Of a stretch of DNA of 64,000 bases, positions 1 to 12,460 are shown piece after piece. Both the position numbers and the translations under genes were made by a program. Numbering within the stretch: the stretch's first letter is position 1; the number at the start of each line of letters is the position of its first letter. Origin of the DNA: the human T2T-CHM13v2.0 reference genome, Homo sapiens; the NCBI RefSeq assembly GCF_009914755.1, contig NC_060934.1. One strand, given 5' to 3'. The notes below the pieces were generated by a model. The model saw nothing but the letters and a program-made list of their open reading frames with translations, was not told the DNA's origin and did not search any database.

Positions 1-24
1 ATGTGAGCTGGAACTGCATCTGTA

Positions 25-370
25 ACTGGTGTTGGTAATCCAAGACCCATGGGCCAAATCTGGCCTGCTAATTGGATATGGCCCTTGAGCTAAGAAGGTT
101 TTGTTTTTATGGTTTTTTGTTTTGTTTTGTTTGCAGTTAAATTGCTGAAAAATATTTAAAAGAAGAATATTTTATGTCTAAAGATTATGTGAAATTCAAA
201 TTTCAGGGCTCTTAAAGTTATGTTGGAACACAGCCATGCCCATTCATTTATGTACTGTCTATGGCTGCTTTCACTCTACAACAGCCAAGCTGAGTAGATA
301 GAATGGTGTTTGGCCCATGGTGCCTAAAATACTTACTATGGTCTTTTTCAGAAAAAGATTGTGGATCCTC
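25..370. mobile_element. MER58-family (MER58B-like) hAT-Charlie DNA transposon fossil
   Basis: gggccaaatctggcc...ttggaacacagccatgcccattcatttatgtactgtctatggctgctttc...aaaatacttactat matches the recalled MER58 consensus. Confidence 0.8.
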
Positions 371-1143
371 AATTTATGACATTCCTGATTTTTCGGACAA
401 CACCAATTTCACATATTATCATCTATTATGAGTATATGTGTCCTAATCATTTGAAAAACATGTACTCTAGCTAGAAATCCCCATCTAAATAGTATAAAAT
501 GATTCAACTCTCAAAATAATCAAGTCCATGGAATGAAACAGGCACTTGAAACAGCAACGTATTGCTCTTCATTTTTTTCTTTATTTATTTCTTTTGCTCT
601 CCCAGTTCTTGTTTCTCATTCACGGCTCAGTGAAGAGTCCAGATTTTGGCTATATTTATTTAATACTGAATGACCACAGGATCCTTCATGGTAGAACACC
701 CTTAGGAACAACACGTGGTTCAGCTTATTGGATATGAGCCAGCAGCTGTGCTGAGAATGTCAAGGTTCTCTCATGCACATGGGGCTCTGGCAATCCAAAG
801 AAAAATGAGACACAATCCCTGCCCTTGAAACACTTCCAACATATAGAAGAACATCACCAAAGCCGGGAAGGCACAAGATGTGTTTGCTAAGTAATCTGGT
901 ACTGCAGTTTCTACACCATTATGGTAGTTATCCATAGGTTCTTGGCAATATATAAAATAGTGTTTTATAAAGACAAATTGGTTCATTTTAAAAACAATGA
1001 TTATTTCCACATTTGTAATCTATGTTTTAAGTTAAAGCCATCTTTATTTCATCAAACAATAATGACAGTTATAGTGATGACACTTGTATATATTTTAATA
1101 CTTTATTGACATTATTGAGGATATGTCCAAAGCACAGAGCAAT

Positions 1144-1179
<36 letters not shown>
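1144..1179. repeat. (CAT)n trinucleotide microsatellite
   Basis: About 11-12 tandem CAT units; explains the poly-Met in ORF 1069..1296. Confidence 0.95.
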
Positions 1180-1229
1180 GTGCAAGAAATGCCAAAGTCT
1201 AGAAACTGGTTGACAAGACCAAGTTGTGG

Positions 1230-1720
1230 AATAATGGTTGGAAAAGTTCAAAGGTGAGGTTAGTGTGTTCAAATCGCCCAGAGTCATGATTGCCAAGTGA
1301 AAGAATTTAAATGTAATTTATGAGTCAAAGGGGAGCCATTAAAAGTTTTTGAGCTAGAGAATGACATAATTAGAGTAGTGCTTCAGGAAGATTAATTTGG
1401 CAGCAGGAAGGATTGGCTGTGGAAGAGACTGAAATCAGGGAGCACATTTTAAAGAAGATTGTTACTTCCAAATGAGATGTAATGAAGTCCTGAAACAAGT
1501 AACTGTCACAGTGGGAATGCGGCGGGGGGGGGGGGGTGGGGGAAAGAACAGATGGGAGACACACGTGTGGGGTCAGACTTGATGGGACACTGTGACTAAC
1601 TGAATAAGAGGGTTAGAGAGCAAAAAGAGTCAAAGAAGCCTCCATGCTTAAGTGCTAGGTGACTGGACCAACTTGGGTGCCATCAACAGAAATAGGAAAT
1701 GGGGAGAAGGAACACATTTG
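1230..1720 (-). mobile_element. L2 LINE fragment
   Basis: gggagccattaaaagtttttgagc, aagattaatttggcagcag, gagtcaaaga, gtgccatcaacagaaatagga are typical antisense L2 motifs. Confidence 0.65.
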
Positions 1721-4700
1721 AGAGTGATTGCAAGACGCAATATTAATTCTAAAATAAAAAGCAAAAGCTAGTCCAGATTTAAGTCACAGAGTATAGCCAC
1801 TGAAAACAGGAATTTGACTAGGTAAGTGCTTTAACACTTCATGTCCTTTTCACTACACTGCTTAGAGCTATGCCTCCCTAGGGCACATACAACAGAAATC
1901 TATAGATCTGTATTTCCAGAGGACTGTAAGTTCACCGTATTTTGCAAATCTAAGCAAGCAGATACAGTGAAGGTTAGTCCCCCTTAACCAACAAAGCAAC
2001 ACAGAGGAAAACCATCAAAACACCTAACATTCTTAAAGATTCCTTAGTTTCCAGACACAATGAGTCTCCAAAATTTCATAGGAAACCTGCATTGTTTGTG
2101 TACATTGCCTGGATCCATCAGCTACTAACTTGACTCAGAAAAACAGCCAGTATGCTACACTGTAAAATTGTCACTCCAACTACCTTAGTTACCAGCACCT
2201 AGGACCATGGATCGTAAATAATTCTAACAATTCTAACCTTCAAGAATGTAATGAATTATGAGCTTTTCATCAGAAGACATGAGGATCAATAGAAGCAGAG
2301 GGTTTCTAGATAAGCACATTCTATAATTACTGCTTAGGACTGAATAAATCAATTTAATATCACACTTCAGAAAAGTTTTCAAAAATGTATTTTCCCCCAG
2401 ATTTATTAGAGTAATGGTGTGTGTTGGTTCATGGTCCCATGCCATCTTCTTTTTAATATAACCTTTTAAGGAAATTTAATTTCTACTTCAAAAGGAGTTA
2501 CATAAAACATCAATTTTCTATAACTGTATTTGACACGTTTTATTTTTTTTCCCTGGAGGAGATGAATCAATCATTCAGTTACTTCTCAATTTATCTTATT
2601 TTTTTCAGCGAGCCAACAACTTAAATTTTTCAGGCTTCTTTAGCAATTAGATAACAAATAGGTATTTAACTATTCTTTACTTGCAATCTAATAGTTCAGG
2701 TAATGAGGCTGAAATAAACTGCATGATGCATGTCAAGCTGGCCATTTCCTTCCAATTTAATATTCCTTTTGCAGAATAATTAAAAACACACACTTGCTGA
2801 TCACCTACACGGTCCAGAAAATTGTAAATAATTGTACACATCAATGCTAAAGGCCAATAACTATTTAAAAATTCATTTTGATTATTTCTGTTGTAAAAAG
2901 CAAATTAAAAATCAACACAGGCCATAACACAAATGCTTGTATTTATTTTGAGGCCTGTGTGTATTAATATAAATGATTAAAAATTTCCTGGTCGTAGAAA
3001 AAATTGTTTGCAATGGAAATAAGAGGACTGCTTACAGCTTAACATTGTAAACTCCTCAAATATTTAATAACTGATGATGTTTTGAATGTGAATAAAGAAT
3101 CTTGATGAAACTAATGTCATCTAGCTCTTCAAGGCTTTCTTAGTGTTCCTGTCAACAAGGTATTGTATTCATGACTTTAAAAGCATGGGTTAAGTATTCT
3201 ATAAGAAAATAAAATAAGAGACGTATGAATGTACAACGAAAAAAAATTAGGCATAAAAGAGGAAGCTCTTACAAAAGGAGGAATATTAGATGTTAAGGGA
3301 AGTTACTCTTTAAAGTTCATAGAACTTCTTTTGCTATTGAATTAAGCTCTATTCCCCAAATAGCTTCAAGAACTCAAAGTAAAAAGGGAAACAGCAGACC
3401 TTGGTGGTCCTATAAACTTCTCACCCAAAGATTTGAACAGAGAGGCAAGTCCCTCTCCCTTCCTCTCTTAGTTCAGAGTGCCCCACGGAGGCACAACCTC
3501 CTGAAGCCAGGGTCCCGAGGGCACATCATTATAACTCAACCCCAAGAGTAATCAGGATATTTGGAAGTAAATGAAGGATATTTTTTGAGGGGAGGATAAT
3601 CAATAATAATTACAAAACAGCACTTGTAGAATTCATTTTCAATCAGGGATAATTTTTAATGAGAAGTTGAAGGAAAAGTTTAGAGAGATTATCATGCATC
3701 TTGATACCATAAAATTTTTCATCCCTGGCATCTTGTGAATCAGTTTCCCTGTCTTCATTTTTTACCTTTTAAATTCAGCCAAATAATTTTCAGAAGACAA
3801 CGCTTTCGTTTTTTAAATATTGGGGCTTTAAAAATATCTTTCCTTTTGTTTTTAATCATATACTTAATATGTCATGAGCCTGAAAATGGAATGGTGACTG
3901 GTCATCTTTTATGAGGTGTTTCTAATAAATTGAGGATTTTATATCAAGAATAGGTTTCCCTATTTCTTGAGCAAAGCAAAGTTAAAGAATCAGACTCCAG
4001 TCTAACCTTGTAAGCATTAGCCAGTATTCTAAATTTTTGCTTGATGCCAAAAGTGTCTGATTCCCCAAAGCATTGTATTTGACTTCAGAAATTAAGAACT
4101 TGCGTTAAACTACTGATAATTCATACAAATTCTAGCCTCTAAGTAGCACGTACATATACAGTACAGTATTATCTCCTTTACTATTGAATATTGGATGTGA
4201 TGATTGTATTAATTTCTGAAAAGGATGCTTAGCAAAGCAACTGAAGCTAACCAAATATAGAGATGGCTTTGAATTATCAGTGTCCTAGTGATTAAAGTTG
4301 TAACTAGAGTTAATAACCAATTTCTACCTTGAAACACGTGCTAAAATTGTTTTCTTGTCTTGAATATTCTTCTAAGCATAATTTATAACTGGGGATAGCT
4401 TTTTCAGATACTCACTTGAAAATTGATTATCCGTCCCCTTGTCTGGGCCCTTCTACCAATTGCATAGTTACTTCATGGTGACTTTTCTGCCAATGTTACA
4501 AGTGCAACTAATCCTACCAAAGGGAAGATTTGTGTTAAACCTTTTCAGTAAATCAAGTTTCTGTGCCTGCAACATCCCTCTCAGCTACAGTAAACAATCT
4601 TCCCAGGGAGAGGGAGGACGGAGAGAGAAATAGGAAGTTCTTAGCAGATAGTTCCTGTACTCCAGACACACTGATCCCTTATTGTATGGCTGCTTTTGAG

Positions 4701-5399
4701 TTTATTTTAATCCCTCCAGAGGAGCCAGGATGATGCAGGCATCTAGCTTAGTACATAATCCAGCCAGCTCAGTAACGAAAAGCTTGTGAATAGCAAACAT
4801 GAAAATCTTCAGAAGTAGTAAACATAGAAAGAGACTAGCAGGAGGACAGTAAGTTCTTGATTTCAGACACCATGAAAAATTGCCTCTAGTAGATCAAGAG
4901 TGGAATCACACCCCTTTGGAGCACAGACTTAATAACCAAAATAAGTATCCTTTGCTTTTGGAAGGTACATCAACACTAGCCATAGTTTTTTTTAAAAAAA
5001 AAAAAAAAAGAGAGAGAGAAAAAGGAAAAAATAAAGATGAAATAAGGAAATAAGAAAGAAAGAAAATGGCAGGTAGATCCTGAAAAAGGCACACTGGTCA
5101 AAAGAATTGCAAATGATATTTGTTATTAATACACAGGATATCCTTTTCAGTGGGCTTTAGGACACTCTCAATGGGAAGACTCCAACCTGTCTATAATGAC
5201 ATCCAATTGTATTTTATCTTGTGCTCAATATGGAATTGAATCTCAGTCTCTACAAAAAAAAAGGTTAAATGAACCAAACTATTCTATTTTATAGAAATAA
5301 GTATGATCTATATGATCTCGTTTCATTCATGTGAAATATATAATGTTTTTGCATTCCTTTTCTACACAGTCTTACCACTATTATAGTGAGCAAAATATA

Positions 5400-5620
5400 C
5401 AGTGCAGTAATTAAAAGCACTGGTTTAAAAGTCAGAAAAACATAAGTTTGATGCTAAAATCACCTATTAGCTATGTGATCTTAGGAAGACTATTTGGCTT
5501 TTTTATGTCTTAGTTTATTATTTGTAAAATGATGGTAAAAGTATCCATCTATAGGATATTTGTGGGTATTAAGTGAGATAATGTAGATAGCTCCTGGAAT
5601 ATATGTATTCAATATTACTT
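5400..5620 (+). mobile_element. MIR SINE
   Basis: agtcag...tagctatgtgatcttaggaag...tttgtaaaatg...attaagtgagataatgta MIR core. Confidence 0.7.
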
Positions 5621-6931
5621 ATTATGGTGATATTGATAAGATTGTCAGCATTGTTTTTAAAAATCATTTATTATTTCCCAAAGTAAGTTGACTCCGCTCC
5701 CTGGGCTATTTAAAGAAAATAGATACATACTTAGCTTCAGGCTTGTACACCACGACTACCTTAATATTTTTCTCTTCCATCTTGGAAAAGAGAATATTCA
5801 TGGTTTGGGGAAGTGTACTGTACTATGCCTTTTTCTTATCTGCATCAGAGCACTTTTAATTATCTCTTGCAGTGAAATGGAAGAATAAAATGAGGATATA
5901 CAGCTCAAATTCATCTGGAACAGGATTAGTGAAAAACACTCAATCCAAGTGACAGAGACTAAAAAAATGTAGGTTGGCAACTTGACCTTCCTGAGACGGC
6001 ATATTAGGCAGAAAAACAAAAAGTTAGGTTTAAAAAAGAAAAATAAAGCACTAAGATTTTGATAAGTAGCCTCTTTTCAAACTTAGTGTATTATTACTAG
6101 AACACCAAGAAATATTTTATTCATAATACAAGTGCCCCATAAAAACCAAAATCCTTGAGCATGAGAAGGTCTTTGTCCAACACTGAAAGGACATTCAGAA
6201 TAAATCAATGCCTGTTCTTGCAATTTTATTTAAATTGCACATCCAAATCCCTCATCACTGTGATTTCTTTTTTTTCTGTTTAATATTATCCTTGTTCTAG
6301 AAGAATTCTTGAGTCAAAAAGCTCTACATGATAAGTAGACAGACCTCCCCAGAGATTACTTGCAACAGGGCCAGTACAAAATAAATCTGGAAACAATCTA
6401 TTTGTCAGAAAGATTTGGAGAACCATCTAAAGATTTAGTGTTTGCATGTGCAGGCTCAGATCATTTTTGTTTCACAGCTTGCCCTTGATTGGCAGTGCGG
6501 CCACCTCTAAACATGTTCATCTTAAGAAAGAGTAAGTCAGCACAAGGAATTTATAAAGGTAGCAGTTTCTTTTAACACCACAGAACTGGAGACCTGAGCA
6601 ACTTCAAACAGTGAATCCTAAGTGCTGAGAAAGAAACTCTAGACAGTCAAGTCCAATGCTGCAGAGTCAAGAGAATCTATAACCTGCCACAGACCCTGAC
6701 AGCTTTAATTTCTCACTAACCTCATTTGATAGATTAGGAAAAAGCAGACAGAAATGGACCACAAAGGAGTTCTTGATGATATACAGAAAGAGTAATTGAA
6801 ATATAGTAATTGAGTCATTCATCCAACCATCTGACATTTATCGAAGACCTACAAATTGTATGGCATCCATTGAGATAATTGACTTGTGGAACCGACTTGT
6901 AAACATGTAATTATCATGTAAGAAGGCTTTT

Positions 6932-7831
6932 TGTAAGTATAGTTTTTTTTTTCATTTTATTCATCACAAAACTGTCTTTTTCCCCACGTTGGTACATGGA
7001 GCAAAGATAAATTTTTTAAATCTTTTTTTTTTAATACTTTAAGTTCTGGGATACATGTACAGAACGTGTAGGTTACATAGGTATACATGTGCCAGGGTGG
7101 TTTGCTGCAGCCATCAACCCATCATCTATATTAGGTATTTCTCCTAATGCTATCCCTCTCCTAGCACCCCTCCCCCCGACCCAACAGGCCCTAGTGTGTG
7201 ATATTCCCCTCCTTGTGCCCATGTGTTCTCATTGTTAAAGTCTCACTTATGAGTGAGAACACGCGGTGTTTGGTTTTCTATTCCTGTGTTTAGCTTGCTG
7301 AGAATGATGGTTTCCAGTTTCATCCATGTCCCTGTAAAGGACCTGAACTCATCCTTTTTTATGGCTGCATGGTATTCCATGGTGTATATGGGCCAGATTT
7401 TCTTTATCCAGTCTATCATTGATGGGCATTTGCATTGGTTCCAAGTCTTTGCTATTGTGAATAGTGCTGCAATAAACATATTTGTACATGTGTCTTTATA
7501 GTAGAATGATTTATAACCCTTTGGGTATATGCCCAGTAATGGGACTGCTGGGTCAAATGGTATTTCTGGTTCTAGATCCAAGACACTTATGCAGCCAACA
7601 AACATATGAAAAAAGCTCATCATCACTTGTCACTAGAGAAATGCAAATCAAAACCGCGATGAGATACCAACTCATGCCAATTAGAATGGCAATCATTAAA
7701 AAGTCAGGAAACACCAGATGCTGGAGAGGATGTGGAGAAATAGAAACACTTTTACACTGTTGGTGGGAGTGTAAATTACTTCAACCATGGTGAAGATAGT
7801 GTGGCGATTCCTCAAGGATGTAAGTGTAGTT
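6932..7831 (-). mobile_element. 5'-truncated, 5'-inverted L1PA (about L1PA6-8) with probable 3' transduction
   Basis: Antisense L1 3' end 7022-7579; sense ORF2 piece 7580-7819; flanking TSD tgtaagt(a/g)tagtt at 6932-6944 and 7819-7831; ORFs 7243..7626 and 7482..7793 give L1 ORF2 C-terminal peptides. Confidence 0.9.
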
Positions 7832-8019
7832 ATTAATTGACTACTGCCTAAGGTTATGGCTTCTATTTTAAAAAAGATCATTCACAATAACATTAAAAAT
7901 AATAAAATTAAGATACACAGAAAAAAAAAACAAAAAAATGACACAAGCCTTTACAGAGAATGTTATAAAATATTATTGATGGACATGCAAAAGCCATTAA
8001 TAAATGCAGAGATATCATG

Positions 8020-8718
8020 CAGAGTAAGTCCTCAGTTAACATCAGTAGGTTCTTGGAAACTGTGACTGTTAAAGGAAACAATGTATAAAACAAAACCAAT
8101 TTTACCATAGACTAATTGATATAAGTAATAAAGTTTCTGTGTCATAATTCTGGTCATAAGATCACCAAAATTCTAAATAAAGACCCAAAATACTTCTAAT
8201 ATTAATCACTGATATTAATATGAGTTATATGTATATTTAAGAAAGGTTAAGAAAAACAAGGTAATTATTTACTCAAGCTGAATGCTTTCATGGCACATTG
8301 TTTATTGTCATGCATTTGCATGATTATCTTTATGAAATTTACTTTCACAATAATTAACATTCATTCATTCACCTTCCAGTCTGCTTATTCAAGTTGAAGG
8401 AGCCCATCCTGGGAGGCTGTCCCAGCAGCTCAGGGCACAGGGCAGGAGCCCATCCTGGACGGGATGCCATCCCATTGCATGCTCACACACCCCTCCTCCC
8501 GATTCACTCAGACTGGGACCACATTCATATGCCAGTTCGCTTCACACACACATCTTTGGGATGTGTAAGGCAAGTGGAATACCCAGAGAAAATCCACACA
8601 GACATGAAGCTAACATGCAAACCACACAGACAGGGGCCAGTGCTGGAAATCATTCCTATTTTTCTCAAAGTTATAATAAAAGATGTTGAACAAAGCGATG
8701 TTATTCAAGGACCTGCTA
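8020..8718. mobile_element. MER82 TcMar-Tigger DNA transposon
   Basis: Starts gtaagtcctcagttaac...ggttcttggaaactg; internal cagctcagggcac...catctttgggatgtg; ends gttattcaaggacctgct. Confidence 0.8.
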
Positions 8719-8848
8719 TAATCCTAGAATCATGGATGAGAAGATGAAATAGTATAAACTTACTGGTGTTTTCCTAATTAAAATATTAAACTAAGCTAAT
8801 ACAAGTTACATTAAAATCCCAATAGTGTCTTTCATGAAACTTTATGAG

Positions 8849-8884
<36 letters not shown>

Positions 8885-8891
8885 CATCTAT
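8849..8891. repeat. (CTAT)n tetranucleotide STR
   Basis: Tandem tatc units seen directly. Confidence 0.9.
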
Positions 8892-9079
8892 CACTACAAG
8901 ATCAAGAGCAGCAAAGAAAATTTTAAAGAATAGGAATGAAGGGAGGAAACTTACCTACTATATACCAAAATTTATGACATTATAATTAAAATAGTATAAC
9001 TGGCACATAGACAAATTGACCAGTAATCAGAATAGTAAGTGCAGAAAAAAAGACTCATGAGTATCTTAAAACTTGATAA

Positions 9080-10197
9080 TGATGGGAATGGCAGGTCATC
9101 TGGAGTGGCCACTGCCATCACTCCAGCTGCAGCGGGGAGGTGTGGGTGCTGGCTATAGGAGCAGCAGTTGTGGTGGTGGGACCCCTGTGCCCCACATCCC
9201 CGATGCAGCTGACTGTATCACTCTCACCCTCGCACAGCTGGGCAGGACCTTCTCCCAAGCCCAGAGGCTCCACCATGGTAGGATGGGGGGCGGTCGACTG
9301 GGCTGCTGGTCCTGCAGACTGGGAACTTGCTGTGCTTTTCCAGGCCCACCATGGCCACCTATGGAACAACAGGCACCACTATCTCCCCTAAGACCCATAA
9401 AAACCCTGGACTCAGCCAGACTTGAAGAGACAACAGGACAACCAGCTACAGAGAGGAGCTACTCTCTCTGCTAAGAGCTAAACACTGGTTGGGACATCTT
9501 GCCAATGAAGAGGAGCTATCCACTGTGGGTCTCCTCTGAGGTGTTCTATTGTTCAATAAAGCTCCTCTTCATCTTGCTAACCCTCCAGTTGTCTATGTAC
9601 CTCATTCTTCCTGGACTGGACACAGGACAAGAACTGGGGACCCACCAAATGGCAGGGCTAAAAGAGCTGTAACACAAACAGGGCTGAAACACGCCTCTTG
9701 CACATCACCTTGCAGATGACAAGAAAGAAGAGAAGAGTTGCAGCCCTTTGGGGAGCTCAGACCTAGGAGCTCCCTGAGTGAGGGCTGTGACACACACTCT
9801 CTTTAGGGCTCTGTGGTTCCTGGCATCTCCAAGCTTCCAGGTGCCACCAGATTCTGCAGAGTCAATAGAAGCTGTTCATGGTTAACTCTGGTCCAGCCAC
9901 AGCCTTGCAGGGAGCTGACACCCATGTTGGTGCCTGGAGCTGCCCGCCCCACCACAGCTGATGTGTCTGGCTGTGTGCAGTGGCCAGAGCCCATGCTTGT
10001 TCACACACCCCTTGCTGCTCTGCATCTGGCTTGCCCTTGGCAGGCATGGGATCCTGGCCAGTATTGCGAGCTGAGCACAGCCTGATAGCCCAAGTGGGCA
10101 GAATGAGCCCAGCATGCCAGAGCAAAACTCAAGCAAAGGTGCCACTGGCCACAGAGGTTTCCATCTGGTGAGAAGACACCCCAGGAATCCCGTAACA
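9080..10197 (+). mobile_element. MER52-family ERV1 solo LTR
   Basis: GC-rich with TG...CA termini; gccatcactccagctgcagcggggagg near the start and ggccacagaggtttcc...gacacccc at the end; AATAAA at about 9555; imperfect 4-bp TSD ataa/gtaa. Confidence 0.8.
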
Positions 10198-10199
10198 GT

Positions 10200-11520
10200 A
10201 ACATACCAGAAGTAAAATTATTTCATTAATAATGCTGGAATAATTCATAATTTATATGCATATGTGCTTTACACAGTATACAAAAATAATCTACACACAT
10301 ATTAAGTATCTAATTATAAGAAGCAAACTTTTAAAAACACTTTTCTAAATATATAAAAGCAATTTTAATGACCAGAACATTGAGAACAAATTGGACAGTA
10401 AAAGCATAGAATGTAGGAGCAAAGATTGATTTATTGAAATAGTTATGTAAAAGCAAAACATTTACGTAATACATAGATAGGTAAAGACTGCAAGTGATAT
10501 TGAAAGTGACAATAATAGCAGTGCACAACACTGCCAATATTTTGTGTTCAAAGTATGTAAATATCTCTTTCTCCCCTACATCCTATAAATCAATAGGAAA
10601 TAAATACAATAAATGGACAGAGATTATGAATAGACAATTCACAGAAGATAAAATGCAAATAGAAAAAATGGACATATGCTCAATTTCACTTGAAATATAA
10701 AAAATGAAAACAATAATATATCACATCATGCTGATGTGTCCTTTTATATGTTTGAAAATAGAGAGAAACTGGAACTCACTTTACTGTGGAGAGGGTAAAT
10801 TGGTATAGCTCTTATTAATGAGTACTATGGTAATACCTTCTAGAACAGAAGATGTATAACTTCCTTCCACCAAGCAATTCTCTTATTCCTAAAAAGCTCA
10901 GAAAAGTAAGCAAGGAGTTATATCAAGGAGTATTTTTCACATCATGATTTGTAATGGTGAAAAATTAGAAACATCTCAATATTCATGATAGGAGAATGGA
11001 TAAATATATTGTGGTTAAGGCCACACGGTGGATTGCCATAAAGCAGCAATGTAAATGACAGAGCTACAGAGCTACATTCATATCTATACCTAGGGTCATT
11101 ACCTATTGAGCTAGATAAATCTCGAAACAAAAAAGCAATGTTAAATAAACAAAGTTGCAGACAGAAAATATACTGTGATATTACTCATACAAAATGTAAT
11201 ATGGAGATTATAATAGAGTATGATATATTGTATATAATATACATTCATGCATATAGTTTGCTTCTTACAGCTGCATATATATCACTGGCAAGTGTTAAAA
11301 ATATTTATGAGGACAGTAAACTACACATCCAAAATAGTGGTTACCTCTGGAATAAAGGATGGAATGAGATTGGGAAAGCATCAAAGGCATAACCAACTGT
11401 AGCTGTAAAAAGAGCAATAACAGGAGAAAAAAATGTAATCTAAATATAAAACAGAAAATATAAGGATTTGTTAAAATTAGATGGCAGATACAGATGTTGG
11501 TAGTATTCTCCATATTTTCC
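10200..11520 (+). mobile_element. Old L1M (L1ME/MC-like) 3' region
   Basis: aatagacaattcacagaaga, agcaattc, gaatggataaatatattgtggt, atagtggttacctctgg. Confidence 0.6.
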
Positions 11521-11689
11521 TTATATTTAAACTAAAATTATGCAAATGTTAAGTTTACTCGAATTAAGAATTTCTAGCCTAAAACGTTTAAGTTTGAACG
11601 ACTCAACGGGGAGTCCTTGAATGTTTTGAAATCATATAATAGTAAAATAAAGACCACTTTCTTCAGCTTAGCAGCAAGAAGCCCTCACT

Positions 11690-12130
11690 GACTGCAAATA
11701 AATATAATCAACCTTGACCTATTTCTCAAACTCATATGTATAACTGTCTTTTTACATCTCTACTTGGATGTCCCAGATGGTTTCCCTGAACGTCCTTCTT
11801 AAATGTGCTACACCTGCAGTCTTCCCATTCTCAGATAACAATTCCGTCTACTCAGCTGGCTCATAAACTTTGGAGTCAGCCATGTCATTTTTGTTCACTT
11901 GCCACATCCAGTTATCTCTAAATCTTACTGGCTCTATATCAAAATATATTCATGTTTTACCATTTCTCACCACCTCCATTGCTACCATCTCCATCCAAAC
12001 CACCATTTCTCTTGCCTTGATGATTAAAATGGCCCCGAAAGGGGTCCCACTATTTCTATTTTTGATACCCTACTTATTCATACAGAAACCAGAATAATGC
12101 TTATGAGAAAAGATAATTTCAACATTTTGC
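11690..12130 (+). mobile_element. L2 fragment
   Basis: catctctacttggatgtcc...ttggagtca...tttctcaccacctccattgctacc. Confidence 0.65.
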
Positions 12131-12159
12131 TTGAAAATTCCCAATACCTCCCTATAATG

Positions 12160-12460
12160 AATGCAATAAGGTGTCACTCAGATATCGTCTGAAGTAAAAA
12201 ATACCCATTCCCTAGTTTCTGGGAGTATTGGCTGCTAATAACTGGGTCTCTTTCTAATAATTTTCTTTGGCTGAAGGAAATTGCCTCATCCAAGTTTGTA
12301 CTTTCTTCCTAGAGGCAGGTCTCACCCAACAACTGGCCAGTGCCATGGTGCAAAGGTTCAGGCCACTTTAGAAAATCTCTGAAGGGTCATCTCAACTCTA
12401 AAGCTTCCCACATGATTTTCGGAGCTTCTGTTGCAATTACATTACAGTCGAACTACTAAC
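12160..12460 (+). mobile_element. LTR16-like ERVL LTR fragment
   Basis: tctctgaagggtcatctcaactctaaagcttcccacatg...ctgttgcaattacattacagtc resembles LTR16A. Confidence 0.55.

Larger units (their letters stand above)
7850..9070 (+). mobile_element. Old L1M ORF2 fragments interrupted by MER82
   Basis: Degenerate L1 ORF2-like sequence (aataaatgcagagatatcatg...catggatgagaaga; tggcacatagacaaattgaccag) resumes on both sides of MER82. Confidence 0.55.

Noticed and set aside
1519-1542. G-runs here and at 61038-61058 (G4 potential)
   Set aside because: Simple homopolymer expansions inside or next to repeats with no promoter context
9073-10204. Cluster of overlapping ORFs
   Set aside because: All lie in the GC-rich MER52 LTR, where stop codons are scarce
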